A stretch of 64,000 bases of DNA from Chrysomallon squamiferum (lineage: Eukaryota; Animalia; Mollusca). The position numbers were made by a program, and so were the translations under genes. This document shows, piece by piece, positions 1 through 47,000 of the stretch (its first letter is position 1; the number at the start of each line of letters is the position of its first letter). A model generated the notes under the pieces. The model was not told the DNA's origin. It worked only from the letters and a program-made list of their open reading frames with translations, and made no database searches. The DNA is taken from positions 15,624,001-15,688,000 of the forward strand of contig CM022678.1 of the NCBI GenBank assembly GCA_012295275.1, read 5' to 3'.

Positions 1-90
1 TTATTCTTATTACTATTACTACTGCTACTACTGCCATTACCACTGCTATTACTACTACTATTATTACTACTACCATTATTATTATTACTA

Positions 91-129
<39 letters not shown>

Positions 130-263
130 AACTATTATTATTATTACTATTACTGTTATTACTATTATCATTATTACTGTTTTCATACTTATTACTATTA
201 TTATTACCATTATTATTACTATTATTATTAATATTATTATTATTATTATTATCTTTGGTTAAG

Positions 264-7177
<6,914 letters not shown>

Positions 7178-8746
7178 ACTTGACGATGATTTCCAAATTA
7201 CATCAAAAACCAATGAAGAAAATTCAGATGATGATCAGTTTCTATGAAAAATGGATGAAGAATAAGAACAACAAACTCAGTGGATTATTTAAAAAATAAA
7301 AGATAAATTTAAAAAATAAAAATTAAGTAGAACAGTTTTATGGAGAAGCAATGTGAATATAGGTATGGAGATCTATTTATCTATCTATCTATCTATCTAG
7401 ATAGATAGATAGATAGATAGATAAATACTTGTTTTCATTTTTGTGTTTATTATCCACCCTGATTAAATTAGTTCAGAATAATTTACAAATTAACAGCTCT
7501 TATTTTTCTGTTATATTAATTACGTTGTTATTTCGGCTTCCTCTGTTTTCTTTGAATGTTCGTTCTTTTTTGTGTTTTGTTGTTACATCTTGGATTTTTT
7601 TTACTGTTGATGGTAGTGTATAAATCCAAATTTGGGCGCTTTTTTATTTTTTATTTTTTTTGTTTTGTTTTTTGCATTCATTTAAGTACTTATTAAATTT
7701 TAAAAGGATTGGGCTTTTTCACCTCATTTTAATAGGGTTTTATATCTTTTAATTTAATTATTATTGGTGGGATAAAAAAATTTTCATGAGCTAAAATATT
7801 TTCTGCTAATAAACAAAACACAATGAAAAGAAAGACAAACTAGTTATTATCATTCAGCGCATTTATTGCTAAGGAATGAGAAGTATGAAAGAAGTATATG
7901 TATTACTGTAATTAACCGATCAATTAATTTACACAATATATTTTCTGCTAAAATTATTATTCGTGTAAAGGGAATGAAACATTGAAACGAGTAGCCAGTT
8001 ACGTCAGATTTTGAAAATGTTATTTTTATCAATTTTTATCTAATAAAATTTAAACTGTACTTTTTTCAAAAACAAAATTAATGGAATTGTCAATTATTAT
8101 TAGCTATTTATTTTTTAAATTTTTATTTTAATTAAATAATAATAATAATAATAACTAAATTTGGAAACAATATTTTATAATATTTCTTAAAAAAAAAACT
8201 TAAAGAGGAGAATCAGTTTATATTTTTATTTTGATATTTAATACACACGTATTATTGTTAATTCAGAATGTAATGTAAAAATTAAAAATAGTTTAAAATA
8301 ATCATAAATGTTTTGTCTGTATGTTAAAATTGACAACAGAATACATTTTTAATGTTATAGGAGCCACAGTGTGTTTATTGAGTAGACAGAGTTCAAATTA
8401 GTTTTGTACAAAGATAAAATACACAGTTCATTTATTACTAACTTCATACTACTGCTCCTGTATACAGTTCAACAAAATCAGAATGTGCAATACGTCAAGT
8501 TATATACGTTTTGTGATACACGGACCGCATAAAATTAGCTTGGATCACAATATAAATAAACAACAAAAAAACAAAAACAAGGCATATATCTTCTTTTTTG
8601 TATATATATAATTGTTTTATTGGCAAATTTATATTTACTTTTATTTATTTATTCTTTTTTTAAACCAGGGTGCATTATGTTATAGACATTCTTTTTACTG
8701 CATGAAATTCATAAATATTTATGTGTGTGTTTACATATAAACACCT

Positions 8747-8826
<80 letters not shown>

Positions 8827-9135
8827 CATATATATATATACACACACACACACATATACATAATAAAAAAAATTCCAATTTTTATTTGTTTGTATTTATT
8901 TTCTTTTTTATATATTGCTGTTTTATTGACAAATTTGTATTTTTTTGTATTTTTTTTTAATCCAGGCTAGTATTATACTATAGACATTTTTTGTTACATG
9001 CATCTTCATTAAATTGCAGATGTGCCTTCGTTGTTTATGAGTATTAAAATTTAATTTAATTTTTATATTTCTACGGTCAATACAGCTCTGTATTCTACGA
9101 GACGAATAAAGGCTAAAAAATATAATTTGTTGTTC

Positions 9136-9205
<70 letters not shown>

Positions 9206-9493
9206 ATTAATATTATGATTATTATTATTATTATTAATTTCATTGTTTTCTGTCTGATAATGAAGCTATAATGAAGTTATTCTGAAGGACCTTTAACTGA
9301 ATGAATTACTATAAAATCAATGCTAACCAGATCTAATAAATAACAAAAACGACCTAAGAGAAACAGTTACAAATACATCTGTCTTTACAATGAGAAATAA
9401 CATTGATTATGTTAAAAGGCAAGTCAGTAGATATTCATTTCAAATAACCTTCATATCTCATAAATTAGTCCTCTGATGAACGAATGGTTACGA

Positions 9494-9574
<81 letters not shown>

Positions 9575-10379
9575 TATATAATATACCACCAAAGACTTTA
9601 TTCATTTACTTTGTAATATATAAAGGTTTCACTGCACCAAAAGCAAGTAAAATTATTATTATTATTTTTTAAATATGTTTATACTAAATCAATAAACAGT
9701 GAATAAATAAATAAATAACTAAATAAATAAATAAATAAAAATCAGATTCAAAATAAATAATAATTTACCACGTTGATTCCTTGGGTTTTTCTTGTTATTG
9801 TTATTTGATTTTTTTAAATGTGTTTATCTATAAACAGTGAATAGCAAATCAATATAAATAACACGATAACTGAATGCTAATTACTGTTTAGAAAAAACAC
9901 GGTTACCAAGGTAACGTAATATTAACTTAGAACGTCACAGCATTTTGTTGTTCTTTTCTGTCAGGTCTTGTGAGAAAAGGTTTGCTGTTTTCTAAAATTG
10001 TATCGCTGTAATATAGTTTTATTTTATTTTACTGGCAACCTTCTTTTTCTAAATTTACCTCAGCACTATAAATATATAGTATTCTTACTTTTCTTCTTCT
10101 TCTCTTTAGTTAACAAAAGATGTCGAGCTAAAGGATTTTTCTTCACACTAACTTTAATCACTTATAGTTAATATAAAAGGAAAACATAGATCACTAGCGA
10201 TATTAAAAACTGTTCAAGTATAATTTTACAGCTTAGAGCCAATTGTACTATAAAGTCACTAGTTTAGTTCGCTATGTATGGTTTTCACAGTCCCATAGGA
10301 TTCATTTGACTTTATTTGGGAACGAACTCAGCAAAAATCTTAGCTAACAAATGTTTTGTCACCTGTAATCACCAAAATC

Positions 10380-10392
10380 CAAGATGGCCGCC
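10380..10392 (+). promoter_or_regulatory. YY1-like motif CAAGATGGCCGCC
   Basis: Matches the YY1 consensus (AAGATGGCxG); GC-rich island in AT-rich DNA; present in both duplication arms. Confidence 0.4.
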
Positions 10393-10526
10393 GTCTAATA
10401 TCTAACAAAAACGACCTAAGAGAAACAGTTACAAATACATCTGTCTTTACAATGTGAAATAACATTGATTATGTTAAAAGGCAAGTCAGTATAATAATCT
10501 AAAAGACGTTGATATCTCTGTCTGTC

Positions 10527-10630
<104 letters not shown>

Positions 10631-10737
10631 TTATTCTGGGGGTCTTTACCTGAATGAATTACTATAAAAACAATGCTAATCAATTTCAGATCTAATATCG
10701 CGGACTGTGCGTGCGAGCGTGCGTCTGTGTGTGCGGC

Positions 10738-11065
10738 GTAAAAACAGATATTAGTCTGAGAGATGAGATGAATGTTAGAAATGTAAAAACAGATATTAGT
10801 CTGAGAGATGAGATGAATGTTTGACAGGTAAAAACAGATATTAGTCTGAGAGATGAGATGAATGTTAGAAATGTAAAAACAGATATTAGTCTGAGAGATG
10901 AGATGAATATTAGAAATGTAAAAACAGATATTAGTCTGAGAGATGAGATGAATGTTTGAGAAGTAAAAACAGATAAGAGTCTGAGAGATGAAGTTAATGT
11001 TTGACAGGTAAAAACAGATTTTAGTCTGAGAGATGAGGTGAAAGTTTCACAGGTAAAAACAGATT
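10738..11065. repeat. 45-bp minisatellite, ~7 copies
   Basis: Unit GTAAAAACAGATATTAGTCTGAGAGATGAGATGAATGTTAGAAAT starting at 10738, 10783, 10828, 10873, 10918, 10963, 11008. Confidence 0.95.
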
Positions 11066-11114
11066 TGCACCTGATTCACCTGCATGGAATCCAGGTACTC
11101 CCACACAGACTCAC

Positions 11115-11272
11115 GGGCAGACGACACACTTCTTCGAAACATGGATTCTTGTTCTGGTATGTACTTGTACTTGAATTTATCTTCTGGGTTGCCATATATG
11201 GGCAGCTGAAAACAGAAAAATCTAAATATCTAAGTAATTACAGAATGAACAGCATCGACAGAGCTAGAAAAA

Positions 11273-11332
<60 letters not shown>

Positions 11333-11455
11333 TACAATTTGAAGCCAGGTTCAGTTTAGAGATTAAAAAAAAAAGAAATAAGAAAAGAGAGATTTCCTTT
11401 CTTGCCCAATACCCCACATAGCAGTTTTAAACTGAAAAATGTTTATAATCGTGAC

Positions 11456-11502
<47 letters not shown>

Positions 11503-11905
11503 GACAGAGATATCAACCTCTTTTAGATTATTCTCAAATTTCGTAAAATGAAATAAATAAAAATACCCTCTGTCCTGAAGACATATACAAATAAAACAAG
11601 GCCACATATAAAAATAAGAATTTGTACTTTTAAATTTGGAGATATGTTTTGCCATAAATATCACAAAAGTGAAATTTATTAATCCCTCATATATTCGTGT
11701 TATTTCTAAATGTGTCAATGATATTGTCTAAAATGTCTGGATAATGAATTTTCTTCTATTAGTATAAAAATGTTACCTCACAAACTGACACTTTTGTTAA
11801 TGAACTACAGGTACATGGTTTTGCTTCTGCGGCGTAGACTTTGTATGAAAGAAAAGGCAATCCCGCCATTACTGTCACTGTGCCTAATCTGCTGGCTTTT
11901 AAAAC
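11115..11905 (-). CDS. APOO: MICOS subunit MIC26/MIC27 (apolipoprotein O-like), two internal exons only; fragment
   Basis: Exons 11905-11777 (tttcag|..|gtaaca) and 11205-11115 (tttcag|..|gtgagt) join in phase 0: VLKASRLGTVTVMAGLPFLSYKVYAAEAKPCTCSSLTKVSVCE|LPIYGNPEDKFKYKYIPEQESMFRRSVSSA. This resembles the APOO N-terminus as I recall it (..LLTFKVYAA..VKVDE|LSLYSVPEGQSKYVEE..LEESISQLR). First and later exons not found. Confidence 0.75.
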
Positions 11906-13245
11906 CTGAAATACAGAAAAATAAATAAATAAATAAAAGCACAGAGTAGAAGTTGTAAAATACTGTGAGAGAAAACACAACTCTGATCTGTTTTAACACA
12001 AGTCACCTGTAAATCCAACACTGGATTATTCTTTTCTTTGTGATATTAGCTGAAACAATTAAAAATTATTAATAATAATAAAGAAACATTAATTTTAGTA
12101 AACTGATCTAAAAGAAAATTTACATCTTTCGAAATGTTAAATTAATTTAGGTAGATGTATGTTATATAATTAGTTTATTAGAATATTAGGATGTATAATA
12201 AGTTGTTTGTTAACTGGAAATATTTTCAGCGATAATTCTGCTTTCGATCCAATCAGTAATTACAACAGAAATAGAGTCAGAGAAAGTGCAAGGAGAAAAA
12301 AGAATCCAATTATTATTTTGCTCGAATGTCTGGTAAAAATATTAGATTCAGAGTATTGCACCTTCCTTTTTCTAATGTCTGGCTTCTTCTTCGCGGTTTG
12401 TCTTACTATTAATATCTTGTCAAAATATAAACCTTTTAACGGCATATTGATAAAACATTTATTTCTAACGTGATCAGTTTTTATTTTTTATTTTAAAAAC
12501 TATAAATAAAATTCAAAAATAAAAATATCATCATCTTATGAAATGCAAAACTGCTAATCAGAGTTATCTCCCATATACTGATATAACTCAAAACATTCAA
12601 CAACATTTTTGTTTGTTTATAATTATATATGACTATAATATCATATATTTCGCGTTGACTCATAATTATTTTTTATTTATTTATTTATTTATTTATTTTT
12701 TTTTTTTTTTTTGTGGGGTAAATTAATATTTTGGGTTATTTTTCATAAACAAATAAAATGAAATATTATTCTACATTCCGGTAAATTTTGAGTAAGATTG
12801 TTTACTTCATTTGATCATTTAGCGTTATTCTTATTGTAATATTAGTTTCATACATACACTGCCGTTTACCTATAACCATGCCTAAAGCTGTGATATCGCA
12901 CCATTACTTTTATTAAGTAAAGCGCTGGTTATTTTCATTTCTAATATTTTGATTTTCTTTCATTGTTTTTATATTATTATTACTATTATTGTATTATTAT
13001 TGTTGTTATTGTTGTTGTTATAATTATTATTATTATTTTAATCTACCATTTTTTTTTTATAAATTATTATTATTGTTTAATATTATTTCTTTTATCGAAT
13101 TATGAAGAAACAAAAGCACATAAGCAAAATTATAAGAAACAACAACAACAGCATCATTAAAAAATAAATAAATACATAAAAATCTATGAATAAACAAAAC
13201 GATGAAAGATAGCAATGTGACTTTAAATTGTTGACTTTCTAATTC

Positions 13246-13357
<112 letters not shown>

Positions 13358-13652
13358 CACGTACAGTCGATCTCAGAGGAAACGCACTGTTCATAAGTTA
13401 AAAAAAAAAATACTGTTTATTCAGCTCATAATTAAATACAGACAAATATAGATTCAGTAATGACATAATAACAATATCGACACTGACATCAACGACAACA
13501 ACAACGATATTAATAATAATAATAATAGGAGTATGTGTTGACGGATATCATTACGATGCTTATGAAAATTATTATCTCAGAACTAATTTATAATTATTTT
13601 ATTAAGTTTGTAAATATAACTATCAAAATCATTACCGTAAACACTGTAATGT

Positions 13653-13726
<74 letters not shown>

Positions 13727-13762
13727 TTAAACTGTGTATGTAGTTCTGAAGTCTGCTTCAGG

Positions 13763-13802
<40 letters not shown>

Positions 13803-14307
13803 GTTATTATTATTATTATTATTGTTGTTATTATTATTAGTACTGTTATTGTTATTATTACTGTTATTATTATTATTATTATTAAATTTCAAATATAAAG
13901 GATCTACTCACGCCACACATAAATGTTTGTATTATTTCACTTGGCCTTGAGCTTTATTCTGATCTTTTCTGTTTGATCAAAAACCCATCCCTAATCACTC
14001 TGAAACCATTCTCTGAAATGTAAAAGAAAATCAAACATAATAAATAAGTATAAAAAACAACAACAAAAAAACTGTGGAAAAATGAGTCATGTTTTGTCAA
14101 ACTTTTACAATCCTGACACCAGCTCTGTTGTGAATACTGAACTTGTGTTGCTGAGATTTGCATTACAATACGCATGCTACTAAGTGTGTTTTCAACTGTC
14201 AAGTGCGGTGAGCTGGTAAACATATTTAAATCGCCACTGACACTGGGTCAGGAGACGTTTGGCAATAAATCAGAGTGTAAAAAGAATTTCTATTAAATAA
14301 CCTTGTC

Positions 14308-14434
<127 letters not shown>

Positions 14435-15107
14435 CTATCTCGCTATCTCTGTTTCATTCTCGCTCAGCCGGTCTGTCGCTTATAATTATTTCACTGTCTA
14501 TCTCTTTCACACCCCATCATCATCATCATCATCGTCATCACCATCATCTCTCATTTAAAAACGAATCTTTAGGACACAACGACATGATCTTTCCAAATTT
14601 TAACAATCATAACCCGAACGTCGACATTTGAACCTTCCTTTTTAATAATGAAATCTGACGTAAGATTAATACAAATTAATAGTCGAAAAATGAAAATAAA
14701 AACCTGCAACTCTCTTTTAAACTATTTTGTTCAGATGAAAGGAATAGTTGAACGATTTCGCTGATAACTTAGGTGCTCTACTGAAAACCGAAATGGTTAT
14801 ATTACTATAACAAAGAAAAAAAAACCTGTGCAAGACAAAAATAGAAAAATCTCGTGTATGACAACACTAATGTTGTATTAAATGTGTTAATGTGACTTGA
14901 TTGCTAAGATTTTTAAATAAAGTTTTTGTACTTGATATTAATGTGAATCACTGCTAAGATTTAAAAATAAGGTTGTTGTACAGGATAGTTTGGGATATAT
15001 TACTTCTCTCGACTGCAGAATACTGAGTCTGTTTTACTGTAAACACTTGCGTGCATATACATCTACTTACATTAACTCTAAGGCGAAGACAACTTTACTT
15101 CAGCGGG

Positions 15108-39717
<24,610 letters not shown>

Positions 39718-40352
39718 TTTGCAAATAAAGTAGAAAAAAAAAAAAAAAAACGGGGAGAGGGGAATAATTGTCTTTTTTATATCTTGCTGGGTTTATATTA
39801 TTAAAATATTCCTAATTTCAGTCTAGACTGATATTTCTCTCTTTAATATTAATAAAGACGCACCATATTTATTTAGTTTTATTTAAATAAATCAATATTA
39901 CATAGGACAAAAAGAAGAAAAAAAGACCAAAACTTTTATTTTTCCATTTTATTGTTTTTTAATTATTGCTCTCTTTCATAGATAAATTAGAATTCTGATT
40001 CCGCTTATGAATTCACTGATGAACTATATAAAGTTAGTGGAAACACGCACCTGACTTCTTTTGCAGTTTTGTTTATTTTAGTTCCAGAGTATTTTAAATT
40101 CGACATATTTGATCAGAGTTATCTTCCTTCAGCAGTACTCTCGCAAATATCTTTCTCTCGCTTTTTATTATTAAAAAAACTAATTTGAGGTTTTGTGATT
40201 GGGTAAACATTTATTAATGATAGTCAAGTAGTAAGTGTAGACGGGCAACTTTATTTATTTGTTTTGTTTTGTTTTGTTAAACGAGCACATTTGTGTGATC
40301 AAAATGTAAAACATTTACAATTCTAAACACACGCACCCACACACACACACAC

Positions 40353-40383
<31 letters not shown>

Positions 40384-40541
40384 CATATAAAAATATTCAA
40401 AACTGAAGATGTGTCTTTTATTATAATAAATAGTGTGAATAGCTGAATGTCGTTGTTGTTTCATTAGTAAAGTAATTACAACATTTTACGATTATTTTCT
40501 TAAAAAACAATTTTCAGACGCTGATAAAAAAAAACTCCCAT

Positions 40542-40925
<384 letters not shown>

Positions 40926-41908
40926 ATAACACACAAACAAACAAAAAAACAACCACAAAACAATAATAATAATAATAAGAAGAAAAAGAATAATAAGAAG
41001 AATAATAATAATGAAAAATAAATAATAATGATGATGAAAATGATGATGATGATAATAATAATAATAATATCATTAACATACAGGTGTATAAAAATAATTC
41101 TAATTTTTAATTAAATACTGCTAATAGATTTTATAGGTAGAAGAATATATTGTTGCAGAATATAAAAGTGTCTATAACAAAACAGTCACTGCAGTATTGT
41201 CATGTAACTGTTGTGTATTTGTGTAAGCGCGCGCGCTCGTGTGGGCATATAAAAATGGGGATATATATCTATATATATATATATATAACATGCACGCACA
41301 CATGCACATAAATGTATATAGCGAAAGAGAGAGATATAGGTTCAGTAAATATATATTATAAAATTATTTTATTCAGTTTATTTTTCGCAAAATACATACA
41401 AATTTAATTCAATAAAATTTGTTAAATAACGACAAACATATATATATTTACAGCTGTAAGAAAAAATAAAAATAATAACTGATATAAAACAGAAACATAA
41501 TATAAAACAAGACAAAACACGTGTACAATAATGTTTAATTTTGAAAACTATTCACATGCAGTAAGAAATGTTACTTTGTCAATAAATAAATACTGTAGTC
41601 TAAAGTAGTGTTTTAAAATAAATAATGTTTTTTTGTGTTATACAGTAGAGTAGTTATAAAAAAATTCACTTGTTACTTGTCTTTGTTTATTTGTTGTTTT
41701 TCAATTTTAAATGAAAATGTTGTTTTTTTTTTAATCAAGTTAAAATAGCTGTAACAGATTAACAAAAAATAATAATAACATAAATAAAGTTAAACTATTT
41801 ATATAAAAAGTAATAATTCATAAATTATGTATGACACGTAAAGCAGTTTGTTATGTCTCAAACACTCACACCTAAACTTTTTATTTTATTATTTTTATTT
41901 TTTTGCAG

Positions 41909-42665
41909 TGCCTATCACCATCACAATTAGGCCACCTGAAATCCAGGAGATAACAAAAGGTGACATCGTAGATTTAACAGTGGAAGCAACCACAGAGGAT
42001 GGGGAAGAAATAAAGTATTCATGGTTTTTCAATGGCACGAAAGTGAGTGACACAAAACCCAAGCACGTCGCCTACAACCCTGTCACTCATGGAAGCATAC
42101 ATCAACACACCAGTGCTGACTGACGAAGAGTACAAGACAATCATTGGAACGTACATCAGAAACCTCTACCACACATATGACTCTGTCAACGTCACAACAA
42201 TGGTGTTGCTGAAGGAGTTGCCAGGTTACTCATTGTTGATGAAGAGGATTGTTTCATATAACATGACGTTGTCACAGTCTGTCTGTGTGTCTAACTGTTT
42301 GTTTTTGGGGTTTTTTTTCTAAATCATGCCAAAATGAGAATACAAAATTATATTATTTGCAACTTGTAAATTTAAAAAGAAGATATTTCAGTCATAGGAT
42401 GATTGTTCTGATATAGTATTTATTGATCCTGTGACAGGCGTTCAAGCTGATGGTATTGTTACAGCTTGTATTTGTCACTGTTATTATCTGCTTTGTGTGC
42501 ATTCTTGCTGTGTTATGAAACGATTTATTTTAAATTTTAACAATTTCTGGATATTTTTTGTTTGTTTTTTCTTTAAAAAACAAATCATTGCTGATGTCTA
42601 TATTGTGTATTTGAGGAGCTATTGCAGTAGTTGATGTCATTTGTAACATGTTTCTTTTGAAATTA

Positions 42666-42696
<31 letters not shown>

Positions 42697-44038
42697 AACA
42701 AGTTTTGTGTGTTTTTAAAATGACATTGTCAATTCTATGTTGTGTATTTCAGACACTGTTGCTATAGTTGGTATCATTCCACTCATTCTGCTCATCGTTA
42801 TCATCATCATCATCGCAGTTGTGTACCGGAGCAAACAAAAGGAAATATTCTACCCATGTAAAATATTTTTCATATCTTAATATCTTAGTACACCACTCAG
42901 TGGCTGTGTTGTCAGCTTTTAGTTCATTATTCTCTTAGTTGTAATCAGGATGCTCATGTTTATATTTGTTTTATCTCAGTGATTGTTAATTATTTTGTTT
43001 CGGAAGATTAACAACATTTTTGGTTATTTAAGGAAACCCTGTAATGAAAGACGCTATCTCAACAATATGTCTGTCGCGTTAAAATGTAAATGTGCCAAGT
43101 GGTTAAAAGGAAATTTAACAATACTTTTGCTGGAAAACAATTGAAAATATTAACCAGCTTAAAATGACCTTGATATCCTGATCATTTAACAATATATATT
43201 TTATTTATGATAGACAAAAAGGGAAGTTCACAACAGGATAAAACAACCTTTACATCTGATCTTTCAAAAACATCTTTTTTTATTTTTCACAGTGGACAAA
43301 AAAGAGAGAGCTGCTGTTCTTGATCCAGAGAAAGACTTGGCTGACAGTGGATTCCATGATCTTTCAAGATCGTAAGATTTAAATTTGTTTTTCAAAATTA
43401 ATTACTGTTAGCATTTTACATTTACAAATGACAGTAGTCTGCTTCACTTTAACCAAAAAAAAGAAAAAATCTTTTAGAGGGACATTCAGTGCAGAAAACT
43501 AAAATATTTAAAATCGAATTAATGATTTATTAACAGTATCAAGAATAAAATTTCAAAGTTAAAAGAATTAAAAAAAATGAAAAAGACTTAAAAATTGTTT
43601 ATTGGATGCCTGTTTACATAATATAAGTTAAGATTAACTGGCTAAAGAAAACTGAAGCAGTTTTTATCTTTTTAATTTTTGTTTCTAATGTTATTTATTT
43701 TGTACCATTAGCAAACTGAAAATTGATTTTTGTTTTAATATATATATTTATTATATATAATAATTTCAACAACAAAACTATTCAAAATAATAATATTAAT
43801 TATGTTTCACAGTTATGCTGCTGATGATTTTCCAATTAAACCGACGATCAACCTGGATGATGATCAGTTCAGTGACAATGAAGTTGAAGCAGCAAGGCTG
43901 ATGGAATACGGTGGCGAAATTGACCCAGAAAAGTTCAATGAGGACGGGTCATTCATTGGCCAGTACGCCCCCCGAGAACCTCCCCCACCTGTGTCTTACC
44001 AAACTAATGAAGATGGAATAAAGATTGTTATGGTGTAA
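41909..44038 (+). CDS. Nrg: Neuroglian/L1CAM-family cell adhesion molecule, 3' portion (last Ig domain, TM, Bravo/FIGEY-type tail)
   Basis: Exons 41909-42224 (Ig; 1 extra nt at ~42088), 42753-42857 (TM VAIVGIIPLILLIVIIIIIAVVY, then RSKQKEIFYP), 43293-43371 (LDKKERAAVLDPEKDLADSGFHDLSRS), 43813-44038 (..MEYGGEIDPEKFNEDGSFIGQY..KIVMV*). FNEDGSFIGQY is the L1-family ankyrin-binding signature. Orthology to canonical neuroglian is not established. Confidence 0.9.
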
Positions 44039-47000
44039 CTAATTAAGTGCCGCCTTCATACCCAGAGAGAAAAATGAAAAAAATAAATCATTTTTATTTA
44101 TTTATTTATTTGTTGTTGGTTTTTTGGATTAAAGTGAATGTTATTTTTAATTTTTAATATTTTATAAGATGTTAGTATTTTCATAATGTTTTATTTATTT
44201 AATATTTTTCATAATGCTTTAAAGTGTGTTTTTAAAAAGTCACAGTAGGTTTTTAAGGTTTATTTTTTATATATCTTTTCTTATAAATAATTAGCTTATT
44301 TTTATGGATTGTTTTTTGTTTGTTTATTTGTTTTAACATCAGTGAATCACTTGCATGGTTGGTTGAAAAATGATAGCAATATAAATATTGTCAATGGGGA
44401 ATAAAAATATTATTTTTTATTTTTATTTTAAATAAACAACAAAAAAAAACACTAATGTTTGAATGTATACCAGTAATCCCACAAGTAGAATTTTTAATTT
44501 CTTTTAATTTTTCCTTTTATGATTATTATTTTTTTTTTCAATTTAATACATGAAAAGGAAATAGTTTAAAAATATTGTTGAATTAATTAATACCATAGCT
44601 TCTTTTTTCTTCAATAGCAAAAATTGTCCATGTGTTTTTCTGCAGCATTTGAAAATAGTTCAGAGTTTGCTGTTGATTTGTTTTTTAATGTGAAGAGGTA
44701 TTAATAGTGAGAACAGCTCTTTTCAGATACATGTAGATCATACATCTACAGTCTGTTGATTTTCCTCTATAAGTGAGCACTGATTATGGGTAATACCAGT
44801 TTATCAGTTACTCTGAAGTTACACAAAGTCACCAAATTCACTGGTGAAAAAGATTTAGTGTTTGATCAGTTTTCAGAATGAAAGGCTGTGTGGTATTCTT
44901 CATCAGTGACACAAACCCAGCTGTGGAAGTGTTTGTGTTGTGTTTAAAAATAGATACAAAATATTAATATTTTCTTTTTTTTTCTTTTTTTAAATTTGTT
45001 TTATAAGACCATTTGTGCAAAATGTACATGTTGTCCCATTGTCCACTACGCAGTATTAATATATTTATGTTCACTGTTATTACAGAACATTCTTCTCAAA
45101 TTCCTATGTTATCAAACTTTATTTATTTTTATGTTATTCTATATATATATAATTATTGAATTTAAAAATACATATTAATGAATTAAAGATTAATAAATAA
45201 AGATATTATGAACATCTATAAGGGAATCAAATTTAATAAGAACTTAGAAATACATTTACTGTAAAAGATGAAAATAATATTTATTTTTATTTATTATATA
45301 TATTTTTATTTAAAAAATTAAAAACTCAAAAGTTTTTAAATTCTAGTTAGTACTATTATTATTTGTTGTTGTTGTTTAATTAAAGTTATTTAGGGTTTAA
45401 TTATACACGTTATATTTTTCATAATTTGTTAGTAAGAAAAAATGTATTTATTTAAAGTTTTATTCTGTTTTAGGCATATTCTATTCCTCTATTATCTTTA
45501 TTTTGTATTTATTTGTTTGTTAAATCCCATTGATGTTAATATTTTAATTGTTATAAAAAAAATTATTGTAGAGAAAATATAGAATTGTAAAATTAAATTA
45601 TTTTTAAAATCATATCATTTCTATTACTTTATGTTTTTGACATCTTTTAGTATTGTTTTCATTTACAAAAACAATTTTTAATTTTCATTCACAGAAATTT
45701 TTTTAGTAGTTATAATTAAACATTTTATTTACCTTAAACACTCAAGATATTATAAATGTGGGGTATTTAATTATATTGCTGAGTTGTTTTTAAAAGAATT
45801 TGTTTGCTAGCTCACGACTTGTAAAAACTATGAATTAAAAAAGATACTGTTACTTAAGTTTGTAAATATTTTTTTTAAACTTTACGCTTGCAAGATAGGC
45901 AGAAATAAGGCTACTAAACACATTTTTTTTTAAAAATATTTCAAAAAAAAATTTACATATAAATTTTTTTTTTTAAATTCTCTCGCATCAATGTATTTGT
46001 TTGCTGATTTTCATATTTGTAAATAGATGCCTTGTTTTGCAAGGTTTTTATTGTTTGTTGATTTTTTATATTGTCATCCAAGCTAATTTTATACCCTCCG
46101 TGTATCATAAAATGTTATTTATTACAGACTTTTTACATGTACATGTGCGAAAGGTGTTAGCATTGGATGGCATTTTTTTAAAAATGAAATTTGCGTGTAA
46201 AACAAGAACAGTTTAAATTTTACTAGATAAAAATAATATTTTCAAAATTGGATATGGTATCAATGCTTTATTCTCTTTGCGCAAATAATTATAGATATGT
46301 TCTGTAAATTAATTAATCTGTTAATTATAATAATAGATATTTTTTTATACATTCATTAATCTGTTAATGAATATTTTCTATAAATTAATCAGTTAAATTT
46401 TAGATACATGCATCTGGCTTAGAGGTTATCTGTTTGTTTCTGTGTCATGTTTGTGTACATATTGCTTGTTTTTAGCTTGCCATGGCCATTATCATTATTG
46501 CCGGAGTGACCTTTCCACGTCTATAGAATTGTTAAAACTGTTTTTTTTTTAAATACTTCTCATTCCTTAGCAATAAATGCGCTGAATGATAATAACGAGT
46601 TTGTCTTTCTTTTCACTGTGTTTTATTTATTAACAGAAAATTGACAAAAAAAACTGAAAATATTTTACCACACGAAACATCTTTTATCCCACGAATAATA
46701 ATTAAATTAAAAAATATTTGATAACCTTATTAAAATAATGAAAAAAAAACAAAAAAACGAAAGAATCTATTAAAATAAAAAACAAACAAAAAACACACTC
46801 AAAAACATGAAGATATTAAAATGCAGTAATCTATTTAAATTGGAATTTTTTTTTATTATTATTATTAAACTCTAAAATTGAAATGAAAAATAAAATGTAA
46901 AAATTCCTTACGGAAGAAATTGTTGTTAAATAATAAAATAATTTTTTTTTTCAAGATTTCTGTGTGCATGTGTATAGGAGAAAAATAAATTCCTATTAAT

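Noticed and set aside
14174-14207. ATG..TGCG|GTGAGC possible first exon of the cadherin
   Set aside because: Does not join the signal-peptide frame, and 15108 already provides ATG plus signal peptide. At most a 5' UTR exon, with no further support.
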